Positions 8,725-17,604 of a stretch of 64,000 nt of DNA are shown here, piece by piece. The notes below the pieces were generated by a model. It was not told the origin of the DNA and made no database searches. It saw only the letters and a program-made list of their open reading frames with translations. Source of the DNA: Nitrosopumilus sp. (GTDB taxonomy: Archaea; Thermoproteota; Nitrososphaeria; Nitrososphaerales; Nitrosopumilaceae). The stretch covers positions 1,056,001-1,120,000 of the forward strand of contig OZ250186.1 in NCBI GenBank assembly GCA_965238275.1, given 5' to 3'. Each line of letters opens with the position of its first letter. Position 1 is the first letter of the stretch. A program made the position numbers and the translations under genes.

Positions 8725-9753
8725 CATAAGGTTACTGTTTTTGTACATTTCTATGGGAGTCTTGTAGATGGAGTTAATTTTTCTAAACACTTCTTTGTAA
8801 CAATCCAAATTGTTCGCACGTAGAGTTGCGTAGCATATCAAAATCCATCCAATCTGTTTCCAATATTCATCATCAAACCGATCCACCTTTTCTAAAAACT
8901 GACTGAAATCCACCTTCGGTGATGACATCACGGTTGTCCTGACAAACGCCTCAAGCTCATTCACTTTTCCTAATGCCAAATCTATGTCGTCGGAAGGCAT
9001 TGGACACATGCAGCAAGAGTTCGTTCTATCCTTTAATACTTTGTCAACCAATTCTCTGTCGTTCTCGTAAAAATGACAGCTTCCGCAGAAATGGTAATAA
9101 TTCCCCAACTCAAGCTCCAGTTTTGACTCCAGCACCGCCTTTACGTATTCCTGTAGCATCGTAAAGAGAAACACGTCATACGGAAATAACCTAAATGCAT
9201 TCTGACTCCGCATGTACGTTATTGCATGAAGTTTTTTATCTCTGATCAGGTACTGCAGATTCAACGTACATGGAACCTCATCTGCTAGCTGGTGTTGGTC
9301 AAATTGAGGTAGGTAGACTGACGCCACGGCCCTGCGCTTATTGTGGTCCGTGCTCAAAACATTTATCGCATGCTGGATCTGATTCATATGCTGTATTCCG
9401 AAGAGTCGAGGTCCGTATGCGCCAATCATGCGCGACCCGTCGGATGAATGCCTGTCCGATGATGGGGCGTAATATGTAATTTCTTTTGTATTGAAGCTTC
9501 CGCGATACGTCCAGAGAAACTGTCCCACAAGCTGAAAGATGTTTGGAGTGTATTCCTTTACTGTCACTATGCGCGACAGAGGATCCTTCATCTCAAATTT
9601 GTAGGATATGATTTCTTGATAATCTGGTTTGCATTTATGGCATGAAAGATGTTCGGACACGTTGTTCGAACATGTATGTTTTTCACACCTGCGCGATACG
9701 GGCTTCCCGTCTTTTATGATGTCATTGAGTAGTCGTTTCCACTCCGTTATCAT
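8707..9753 (-). CDS. Thymidylate synthase-superfamily enzyme, dCMP/CMP hydroxymethylase-like (348 aa)
   Basis: YGPRL, RRAV, VPCTLNLQYLIRDKKLHAITYMRSQN, FPYD (Asp where ThyA has Asn177), GSCHFYE. Confidence 0.85.
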   Translation of the reverse strand: MITEWKRLLNDIIKDGKPVSRRCEKHTCSNNVSEHLSCHKCKPDYQEIISYKFEMKDPLSRIVTVKEYTPNIFQLVGQFLWTYRGSFNTKEITYYAPSSDRHSSDGSRMIGAYGPRLFGIQHMNQIQHAINVLSTDHNKRRAVASVYLPQFDQHQLADEVPCTLNLQYLIRDKKLHAITYMRSQNAFRLFPYDVFLFTMLQEYVKAVLESKLELELGNYYHFCGSCHFYENDRELVDKVLKDRTNSCCMCPMPSDDIDLALGKVNELEAFVRTTVMSSPKVDFSQFLEKVDRFDDEYWKQIGWILICYATLRANNLDCYKEVFRKINSIYKTPIEMYKNSNLMQSSQN

Positions 9754-10087
9754 CGGGCACTCCTCTTCCGAAGAACTGCTTTTTTTGCAGTTCTCCTATG
9801 ACGTCAATTACCAAACGTGTATGGAAACGTTTCACACCAAACGACATATCGTCTATCAGATTGTCTATGATCTCAGGTAACGGACGCTTGGAATAATTTT
9901 TCTTCCACAGATATATCAGTGACGCGGCAACCTCCAGCCATTTTGGGTCATCGAGATTGGCTTTGAGTGCTTGCTTAAATTCTCGAATCTTTGTCTCTGC
10001 GCCTTCGGATAACGCTGACGGTTCGGGTTCAAATGTGTGTCCGTAGGCATCTTTGGTCACTTCCTTACAGTAAGGCCCGTGTATGTA

Positions 10088-11342
10088 TACCAGCAATGAA
10101 AAATTCATATCAAAATCGCTCATAAATTTTTGATGCAACAGCCGTCTCTGGAAATTACGAGGTGCGTTGAATTCCCAAATGACGAGAAAAGACGCCCCGA
10201 ACATTAGACATTGCATGCTCTGGTGCGCCGTGCATGGCACACGCTAGGCGGCGTGGGTCCGGTGCGGTTTGATGTCGTTCTAGATGGCCCTGTACAGAAA
10301 GTTTTCAACGACCAGATTCGGTTTTTTGTACCTCGTGTACCTGGTGATCGCCTCGCGGAGCATGCTCAGGCTGGTGTACGGCACGTCAAGCACTGCCCGC
10401 TTGAGATCCCTCCAGTACGTCTCTATGGCGCTCAGGTCCGGGGTTGCAGTTGGCAGGAAGACTATCTCCAGGCCGTCTGTGCCATCAAGCAGTTTGCGTA
10501 TGTTTGATGCCCTGTGCTGGGAGGCCTTGTCCATGATCAGGCAGATCTTCTTGAACCTGTACATCGTCTGCCTTAGAAAGTCCTCAAAGGTGTCCTTGGT
10601 AAACGCATCGTACTGCCGGAACATGCCCCTGCCGTCCGTGGTGATCAGTCCGTGGATTATCGTCTTGGAGTGCGAGCCGGTGTACGTGAAAAACGCCCGT
10701 ATTCCCTTCCTGGTGTAGCCGCGTCTTCGCGGCCGCGCATCGGAGATTACTATGGACTCGTCCTGTATCGCTACGACTGTTCCTTCGCTGTTCTTTTTTT
10801 TATAAGCTCTGGCATCTCTTTTTGGAATTTCCTGATCTCCTCGTCAGGCGCCCTTCTTGCATGTTTTCCTACGGGAACCTTCTGGGAATAGCCCCACCCG
10901 CGCAGTATCTGGCGCACATATCCGAGTTCGTACCTTACTCCGGTCTTCTGTTGGATGTATTGCTGCATCTCCATGCCCGTCCAGACAGGTTTCCTGCATG
11001 CGGCCTTTCTGATCTTCTTCATGTCTGCCTTGCTCGCCTTGGTCGGCCTGCCGGAACGCGGCATGTTTCCCAGCCTGTCAAATCCGACTTCCAGGTAGCG
11101 CTCGTGCCACTTGTAGCCCCACGAGGCTGACTTTCCCAGGGATTTTGCAGAATCCCTCATGGTTATCCCGTCACGTTTGACTCTGATGATCAGCATCATG
11201 CGGTCCTTGGTATCGCAGTCTGTCTCAGCGGCGTATCTTTTCAACATCGTCTTGATCTTCATTGACTATGCTACGTGAAATAAGCATAATTTCACATGGA
11301 GTTAAAATATTTTACAATCACATCAATTTTTCATCTTTGGTA
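10088..11342 (-). mobile_element. IS630-family element, apparently intact (1255 bp)
   Basis: TA duplication at 10086-87 / 11343-44; its removal restores the host ORF in frame. Confidence 0.95.
10280..11262 (-). CDS. IS630 transposase, orfA+orfB joined by -1 frameshift at A8G (10793-10801)
   Basis: A -1 shift gives ...IKKKNSEGTVVAIQDESIV..., continuing into orfB with the DDE residues. Confidence 0.85.
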
Positions 11343-11522
11343 TACCAACTGTATGTATAACCAAGGTCTACGCCATATTCTTGCAACAGGTATATGGTCT
11401 TCTGAATCTTTAGCCGATCATCGAACTCGTCAACAACAACAATTTTCTCTTTATCCATACATTTAAACACGTCTGCGACTGCTTTGCGTTCAGGCATGCA
11501 TCTTGTAGTTATGCCATAGTTA

Positions 11523-13290
11523 GTAATTGTTTCGCTTTTTGAAGTGCCCGAATGACCTAGCGGTCATCCATGGCGCTGGGAAGAAATCTAATAATTTCGT
11601 GCTCGGGACGACAAAGTTAGATCATCATGATCCAAGTATGAGTGGGTGTTAGTCCCTTCGATTACCACAATGAAGGAACCAACACACCAAACATGCTTGG
11701 AGGCGGAGGAATTTAAGGCAATGCACGAACCCTCCTCCTCCTCCTCGCCCCAAATCTCGCCAGACGCCGGGGCGTGCATGGAACCCGGATGCAGGTGCTG
11801 CCGGCACTGGGCCAAGATGTTCGGCTCCATGATCGTCCATACTCGCAAGATCCTGGAGACAGTCTGCGAGATTGCAGGCGAGTCAGACGCAGGCCGGAAG
11901 GAGATCGGGGGCCTGCAGGCGCTCGCCTCATCCCTCACGGAGGACAACAAGAGGTACGCCAAGGCAAACAGGGAGCTCAACGTCAAGGCAAACAAGATCA
12001 GCGTACCTGCGGCCAAGAAAAAGGCCGGCCCGAGAAAGGCCGGCAGGCCCAAGGGGCAGAAGCCCACCGTCAACTGCAGGCCAGAACGCGTGGACCGCGT
12101 GGAGGAGATCGACTGCAAAGAGTGCCCCGACTGTGGCGGCGGACTCTCGGGGGCGGTGACTGCCGAGTACGACCGCATGGTCACAGTCATGCGCGTCATC
12201 TCAGAGAACGTCAGGTATGTCATCAAGCGGCGCTGGTGCCGCGGGTGCAAAAAACAGGTCTCCGGGAGGGTCCCGGGCGCGGCAAAACACGCGCGCCGTT
12301 CGTCAAACTTTGATGCTGCCATGACGTCCCTGAACATGGGCGGCATGTCGCATGCCAGGGCCGCAGAATTTGGCAGTGACGCGTTAAAGCATGAAATCTC
12401 GCGCTCGTCTGCCTACCGCGGCAAGATCGAGCAGGCCGGGCGCATGGCACCGGAGCGTGATTCCGTGAAAGAACGCGTGCTGGAGGCGCCGCACCTGAAC
12501 GCAGACGAGTTCCACTTGCCGCTGGCCGGCAAGCGCGGCTACGGGATAGTGGCCCTGGCAAAAAACCACTGCCTCGTGAAGGTGGCCGGCTCGCGAAACA
12601 TCAAGACGCTCTGCCAAACGCTCCCGGACTACCGGGGAACCATAACGCAGGACTCGTATCCCGGGTGGCTCCACGTGGGATCGTGCCGCCAGATGTGCGT
12701 GTGGCACCAAGAGCGCCTGGTGCAAAAGGATCTCCTGACCAACCCCGGGGGCGACGTCCCGGCGTTCCTGGGCAGGCTGTCGGCAATCCACAAGAAGATC
12801 TATCGCGCCTCCAGAATCAGGGACGGTCACTCAAGGATCGTCGCGGCCCGCTGCATAGACTCCGAGCTGCGCGAGCTGATGAGCGAACAGTTTACAGACG
12901 ACAGACACGGCATCATCACCCGGCACAAGAAGAGGAACCCCCGGGAGGGATACTTTATGACCACCTGCCTGCACGTGGACGGCGTCAATCCCGACAACAA
13001 CTCAGTCGAGAGGGTCAACCGGAGGTTCGTGGCCATAAGGAGTGACGGGGGCGGAAACCGCTCCCAGAAGGGCATGGATGCCAACTCGATCCTGTTCACG
13101 CTGCTGGCAACGGACAGGATCAACGGGAACAGCTTCTTTGATCACCTGATTCGCTCGTCCTCCGGATACGGGTGACGCGCAATCCTACGACGCGCGCAGC
13201 GCATCACGGGGGGAAAAATTCCACGGTAAAAGGGGAAGACTGCACGCGCTCCACTGTCAGGCAGGTCACTTCAAAAAGCGAAACAATTAC
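11523..13290 (+). mobile_element. IS66-family element (single-ORF type)
   Basis: 24-bp perfect TIR GTAATTGTTTCGCTTTTTGAAGTG; 8-bp TSD CATAGTTA (11515-22, 13291-98). Confidence 0.95.
11670..13175 (+). CDS. IS66 transposase (TnpC-like)
   Basis: CPDCGG/CRGC zinc finger, ADEF, QDSY, QMCVWH, PDNNSVER motifs. Confidence 0.9.
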   Translation: MKEPTHQTCLEAEEFKAMHEPSSSSSPQISPDAGACMEPGCRCCRHWAKMFGSMIVHTRKILETVCEIAGESDAGRKEIGGLQALASSLTEDNKRYAKANRELNVKANKISVPAAKKKAGPRKAGRPKGQKPTVNCRPERVDRVEEIDCKECPDCGGGLSGAVTAEYDRMVTVMRVISENVRYVIKRRWCRGCKKQVSGRVPGAAKHARRSSNFDAAMTSLNMGGMSHARAAEFGSDALKHEISRSSAYRGKIEQAGRMAPERDSVKERVLEAPHLNADEFHLPLAGKRGYGIVALAKNHCLVKVAGSRNIKTLCQTLPDYRGTITQDSYPGWLHVGSCRQMCVWHQERLVQKDLLTNPGGDVPAFLGRLSAIHKKIYRASRIRDGHSRIVAARCIDSELRELMSEQFTDDRHGIITRHKKRNPREGYFMTTCLHVDGVNPDNNSVERVNRRFVAIRSDGGGNRSQKGMDANSILFTLLATDRINGNSFFDHLIRSSSGYG

Positions 13291-13323
13291 CATAGTTATA
13301 TGTTCTACCGTCGTCACTAACGC

Positions 13324-13842
13324 GTGAGAACTCTTCCGGATCATGTGAGGCCTGGTTTGACTGCCGTATTTGTGGGAACCAATCCGGGTTTGCGATCGGC
13401 ACGGATTGGTCACTACTTTGCTGGAAGAAACAATATGTTCTGGAAGCTTTTATACGAGGCCGGATTTACCAGAAAGCGTCTTTCCACAGAATCTGACTCT
13501 ACTATGCTTGACTATGGATACGGTCTTACTGACGTGGTGAAAAAACCGACACGTTCCACCACGAACCTAAAGGGTAGAGACGGCGACGGCGCCAAGGCGC
13601 GTCTGGATGCAATAATCTGCAAAAACGAGCCAAAAGCCGTGGTGTTTGTCGGCAAGACCGGCTTCCGGTTTTATACTAGCAACAAGGATCCGCTACACTA
13701 CGGCGCACAGAACCTAAAGATCGAAAACTCAGATGTGTTTCTAATGCCGTCTACTAGCGGAGCCAGTTTTGCAGACACCAAATATGACGAAAAGCTTTAC
13801 TGGTACTGCAAGCTACGGCGCTCCATTGACAATTATGCTTAG
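13324..13842 (+). CDS. mug: G/U mismatch-specific DNA glycosylase (UDG family 2, MUG/TDG)
   Basis: VFVGTNPG, GHYFAG..N.FW, GLTDVV, MPSTSG; GTG start with TTATAT ~25 nt upstream. Confidence 0.9.
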   Translation: MRTLPDHVRPGLTAVFVGTNPGLRSARIGHYFAGRNNMFWKLLYEAGFTRKRLSTESDSTMLDYGYGLTDVVKKPTRSTTNLKGRDGDGAKARLDAIICKNEPKAVVFVGKTGFRFYTSNKDPLHYGAQNLKIENSDVFLMPSTSGASFADTKYDEKLYWYCKLRRSIDNYA

Positions 13843-13967
13843 TCGCGGCCATAGCAATTTGAACACCTGCCAGCCATTAATCCAGAAAATCCCATCGATG
13901 AGTCCTCAGAATGGTCTCAAAAATGATTTACAAGAACACGTTATTTCCTGACATTGCAGCATAATAG
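13840..13967. repeat. 128-bp dispersed non-coding repeat, copy 1
   Basis: Near-identical to 39947-40074; its first ~30 nt recur at 63521. Confidence 0.85.
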
Positions 13968-15507
13968 AACACATGTATAATCCACCCATTTTGTTGGTTT
14001 GGGCCATAAAACCGAAAAAATACGGTTTAATGTTGATCATGCCAAGCACACGGCGAACTTATTCATCCCAAAATCCAAAACAACATGCGCAGTCTTGCAG
14101 CACTTCATCGTGCCCTGAATTCTACTTGACCGGAGCTTGGGAGCAGGCCCTGTCCCAGTCTACTGACGTCTTCCACTGCCCCGGTGGTGGCGGGCCCTTT
14201 TCCATGCAGTCCCACAAAAGGTTCAGGTTTACCAGCCCTGTGATCACGTTGAACTCCCTGTTGAACCCGGCTGCGTTGCCGTCGTACGGGTCGGTGAGGC
14301 GCGCGTAGCGCTTGAGCCTGCCTATCGTGTGCTCCACCAACACCCGGGTGGAGTTGATCCCGTGGTTGTGCTTTTTTTGCTCCGGCGTCAGCGGCGTGTC
14401 CCTGGTCTTCTTGTGCGGGATCTCCGGCGTGGTGCCGGGCAGGTGGTCTGCGATTCCCTGGTAGCCGCGGTCGACGAATGGGTGGCACCTGTCTGATTCT
14501 GGCAGGTCCGGATCGTGCATCGCCTTCTCCCACTTTCCAAACGGCATGGGGCGTTCCTTGAGCAGCGTGATGTCGCCGACTGACCCGACGGTGCTTTTTG
14601 ATATGCCGATCACCACCCCGTTCCGGTTGGTGTACACGTTGGTATTGTTGGTAAACTTTTTCTTCTTGCCGGAGTATTTCATGCGCCGGACTGACTTTAC
14701 GGACGGGCGCTGTATGGGGCAGTGCGTGCCGTCTATGAAGATCTCGCCCCCATCCGATCCGGGCACGATCTTCTTGAAATCCTCCTTGGTCGGGGCAGCA
14801 GCTACCTCCTCGGATATGTTGTCTGCCGTCGGAAGTATTCCTGTCAGCATCGCATCCATCACCGGAATGTACCGGGACACGGTGGTCTGGTCTATCCCGA
14901 AGAATGCGGCAAGCACGCCTTGGGCGGGGTTGTCCTTTTTGCGGATAAGTGCTAGGAGCAGTGCGTGCCTCAGGTGCAGCTTGCACCGGTTTCCGGGATC
15001 GGAGGCCCGGGATGCGTTATCGCAGAACAGCGGCATCTGGCCCGAATGCGTCAGAAACACCTTGGCCCGCTCCAGCATGTACCGGAACTGTTCCCCGTCT
15101 GCCAGCGTGGCATGGCGGAGCTTGTCCCCGTCGCGTATTATGTCGTCTAGCACCTCTAGCAGGTGCAACGCTGGCCCCTTGCCGGGGTTCCAGCCATCGT
15201 CCCTGCTCTTCCACAGGCCGCGCTCAAGGCCCAGCTCCCTGTCTTTCTGCTCCAGCTTTTTGTCTTTCTGCTTTAGAATATTTTTTAGGGTTTTGTCTTT
15301 CTGTTCCAGCTTTTTGTCTTTCTGTTCCAGCTTTTTGTCTTTCTGTTCCAGCTTTTTGTCTTTCTGCTTTAGAATATTTTTTAGGCTTCTGTTTTCCTGT
15401 TCCAATCTGTGCATGATCTGATCAGGCGAGTCTGGCATTTGATGTGAGACGCGATCGTGCCTGATCTAAATTTATCGATGTGAACAGGGGGATTACGCAT
15501 ATTTTCT
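13966..15507 (-). mobile_element. IS5-family element (DDE_Tnp_4 / ISL2-like), copy 1
   Basis: Imperfect TIR AGAA..TATGCGTAATCC; AAT on both flanks; homologous to 55724-57320. Confidence 0.85.
14122..15438 (-). CDS. Transposase (DDE_Tnp_4) with N-terminal LEQKDKK heptad repeats
   Basis: IDGT, YSGKKK, VDRGYQG, RVLVEHTIGRLK. Confidence 0.9.
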   Translation of the reverse strand: MPDSPDQIMHRLEQENRSLKNILKQKDKKLEQKDKKLEQKDKKLEQKDKTLKNILKQKDKKLEQKDRELGLERGLWKSRDDGWNPGKGPALHLLEVLDDIIRDGDKLRHATLADGEQFRYMLERAKVFLTHSGQMPLFCDNASRASDPGNRCKLHLRHALLLALIRKKDNPAQGVLAAFFGIDQTTVSRYIPVMDAMLTGILPTADNISEEVAAAPTKEDFKKIVPGSDGGEIFIDGTHCPIQRPSVKSVRRMKYSGKKKKFTNNTNVYTNRNGVVIGISKSTVGSVGDITLLKERPMPFGKWEKAMHDPDLPESDRCHPFVDRGYQGIADHLPGTTPEIPHKKTRDTPLTPEQKKHNHGINSTRVLVEHTIGRLKRYARLTDPYDGNAAGFNREFNVITGLVNLNLLWDCMEKGPPPPGQWKTSVDWDRACSQAPVK

Positions 15508-15807
15508 AATCGCGTAAATATCTCCCAATCTCACGCCGCCGTTATCGTTGCCTTTCTGAGCCTTCGCCTTGTAGAAACGCCTGCTATCACCTTCCCCATA
15601 CTGGATCAAATACGTGATGGGATCATCGGGATCGTGTATCTTTTGGTGGCAACTGTAATGCACGTAACAACACTTCTCTGGAAAGTACGTCACGTGGTGT
15701 ACTATCAACCTGTATTCTCTTTCAGGCGGCCCGAAGCACACGATGCACATGTCTTTGGTGTTCATGTATTCCCGCATTTCAACATCATATGCGTAGAAAT
15801 GGTACAT
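15493..15807 (-). CDS. Small HNH-like / Zn-binding hypothetical protein; last residues supplied by the IS end
   Basis: CIVCF...IVHHVTYFPE..CYVHYSCHQKIH; start codon uncertain. Confidence 0.55.
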   Translation of the reverse strand: MYHFYAYDVEMREYMNTKDMCIVCFGPPEREYRLIVHHVTYFPEKCCYVHYSCHQKIHDPDDPITYLIQYGEGDSRRFYKAKAQKGNDNGGVRLGDIYAIRKYA

Positions 15808-15855
15808 AAGGCGTTCATGTTGCCAGCAACGCCGCTGCAAAGCAGACAAACAACA

Positions 15856-17537
15856 AGATCCTATGCAGAATGTGCCTGACGTGGCAAATCATAAAATCAT
15901 GTCAGAACTGCGCTAGCCGTGGCCATATTTGAAAATCTCGTCTGCCGTATATTTTACAAATTTGTCTTGCACGTCCATGTGAAAAATCCAGTTTCCAGTA
16001 TTGGAAAATAAGGCACGTTCTGTGGATGTGCGGCATCCGTCCCCGGGGCGGCAGGTTGTTTCATGGGGAATGGTGGGGGAATTTGCACAAATATTGGATG
16101 CCGTGCGCGACATTCCTGCACTGCCTGATGCCACCTGCCTTTCACTCCGTCAGGCGGCTCGTGCCGCCCTGTCTCAGAGGCGCGCCCTTTTTTCGGCCAG
16201 CCTTTTGAGAAGGTCCGCGTCCCTGAGTTTTATTTCGTCCCACATCAGATCCTGGTTTACCATTCCCGCAATCGCGTTGAGCTCGTCGTTGTACTCCTCC
16301 TCGGTGCCGTCGTACGGGTCAGTCAGCCTCTTGTACTGTTTCAGGCTTCCGATAACGTGCTCTATGGCCACGCGGGAGCTGTTTACCCTCTTGTTGTAGG
16401 CGCGCTGCTTCTTTGTCAGGCCGCCGGTCTTTTTGTCGGCTCCACGCTTTTTCTTGTGCGGGTGCCTGATGTGCCATCCGGGATATTCCTCTCTTGTCCC
16501 TTGGTAGCCCTTGTCCATCAGGACGTCAGGCTTTTCTTTTTCGGGCACGTCCTTCTGGCCCATCCTTGCCGTAATGATTCCAAGGTTTGGCGGATCCTCG
16601 TTGAGCAGGGTCTTGTCGTGGACGCTGCCCGGAACGGTCTTGCTTATCGCCACTATCACGCGGCGCTTGTTGATCACGATGTTGGTATTGTACGTGTGCG
16701 CCTTCTTCTTGCCAGAGTACGTCCTTTTGCGTCTCTCCTTGTCCGCGGACCTTCTGACCCGGTTGTGCGTGCCGTCCACCATCAGTTCTCCTCCCCTCCT
16801 GCCGGGTATTATCTTCTTGCTCTCCTCGAGTGTCTTGGCCTTTTGTACAGCCTCGCTGATTTTGCGCGGCGCCGTGCCTGTCTCGCCGAGCAGCCTGGTC
16901 ATCAACGGGAGATACCTGGAGACGGTGGCCTGGTCGACGCCAAACATCGCGGCAAGGGCTTCCTGCGGCATGCTCAGCCTTGTCCGAAACAGCCACAGCA
17001 GGTACGCGTGCCTCAGGGGCAGGATGCGCCTGCTCCCGGAGTTTTTCGATCTGTTCTCGATTTCCCGGAAGAGCGCAGTCTCCCCGTTCCGCTCCAAAAG
17101 ATCCTCGAGGCGGTGCAGCGTGTGGCCAAACTTTTCCGGGGTGCGCAGCGTCATGGCGTGCAGGAATTCAGGATATTTTATGATGTCGTCGAGAAACCTC
17201 GACGTGACGGTCCAGTGATCAGTCAGGCGTTCCTCGAGGGCCTCGCTCTTCTGCCGGTCTGTCCTGCGTGCTTCCCTGAGGGCCCTGATCCTCTGCCGGC
17301 AGGATTCATCCGACTCCCTGAGCGCCTCGTTTTCCTGCCGTAATCTCTGCACCGTTGGATCGACTAGCATTGCCATCACGGTGTGGCGTAAAAATCACCG
17401 ATCTTAACGTTTCGGTTATCCTTCTTGGATTGGCATGCTTTACGATTCTGTGGATATTCGGCCGCATGTGGTGCCGCACGTGGGAATAACCCAATTTAAT
17501 TCAGTTTTTTAAATCAGGCACATTCTGCATGAGATCT
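15856..17537 (-). mobile_element. IS5-family element (DDE_Tnp_4), second subtype; flanks do not match
   Basis: TIR AGATC(CT/TC)ATGCAGAATGTGCCTGA at both ends. Confidence 0.85.
16174..17376 (-). CDS. Transposase (DDE_Tnp_4)
   Basis: VDGT, YSGKKKAH, MDKGYQG, RVAIEHVIGSLK. Confidence 0.9.
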   Translation of the reverse strand: MAMLVDPTVQRLRQENEALRESDESCRQRIRALREARRTDRQKSEALEERLTDHWTVTSRFLDDIIKYPEFLHAMTLRTPEKFGHTLHRLEDLLERNGETALFREIENRSKNSGSRRILPLRHAYLLWLFRTRLSMPQEALAAMFGVDQATVSRYLPLMTRLLGETGTAPRKISEAVQKAKTLEESKKIIPGRRGGELMVDGTHNRVRRSADKERRKRTYSGKKKAHTYNTNIVINKRRVIVAISKTVPGSVHDKTLLNEDPPNLGIITARMGQKDVPEKEKPDVLMDKGYQGTREEYPGWHIRHPHKKKRGADKKTGGLTKKQRAYNKRVNSSRVAIEHVIGSLKQYKRLTDPYDGTEEEYNDELNAIAGMVNQDLMWDEIKLRDADLLKRLAEKRARL

Positions 17538-17604
17538 AATATAGGTGGTTGTGCATCCTGTCCCTCAGGCGATTCTTAAAAAGTGGAATTTAATACCGGT
17601 TGGG

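Larger units (their letters stand above)
9722..11497 (-). pseudogene. Panacea/SocA (DUF4065)/YwgA-like gene, 172 aa when reconstructed, interrupted by IS630
   Basis: Joining 11497-11345 to 10087-9722 at the TA gives DDRLKIQKTIYLLQEYGVDLGYTYSWYIHGPYCKEV...WLEVAASLIYL. Confidence 0.8.

Noticed and set aside
9722-10240. Listed 172-aa ORF starting MPCTAHQ
   Set aside because: The first ~51 codons are IS630 end sequence (also at 43282-43470); the real N-terminus is at 11497.
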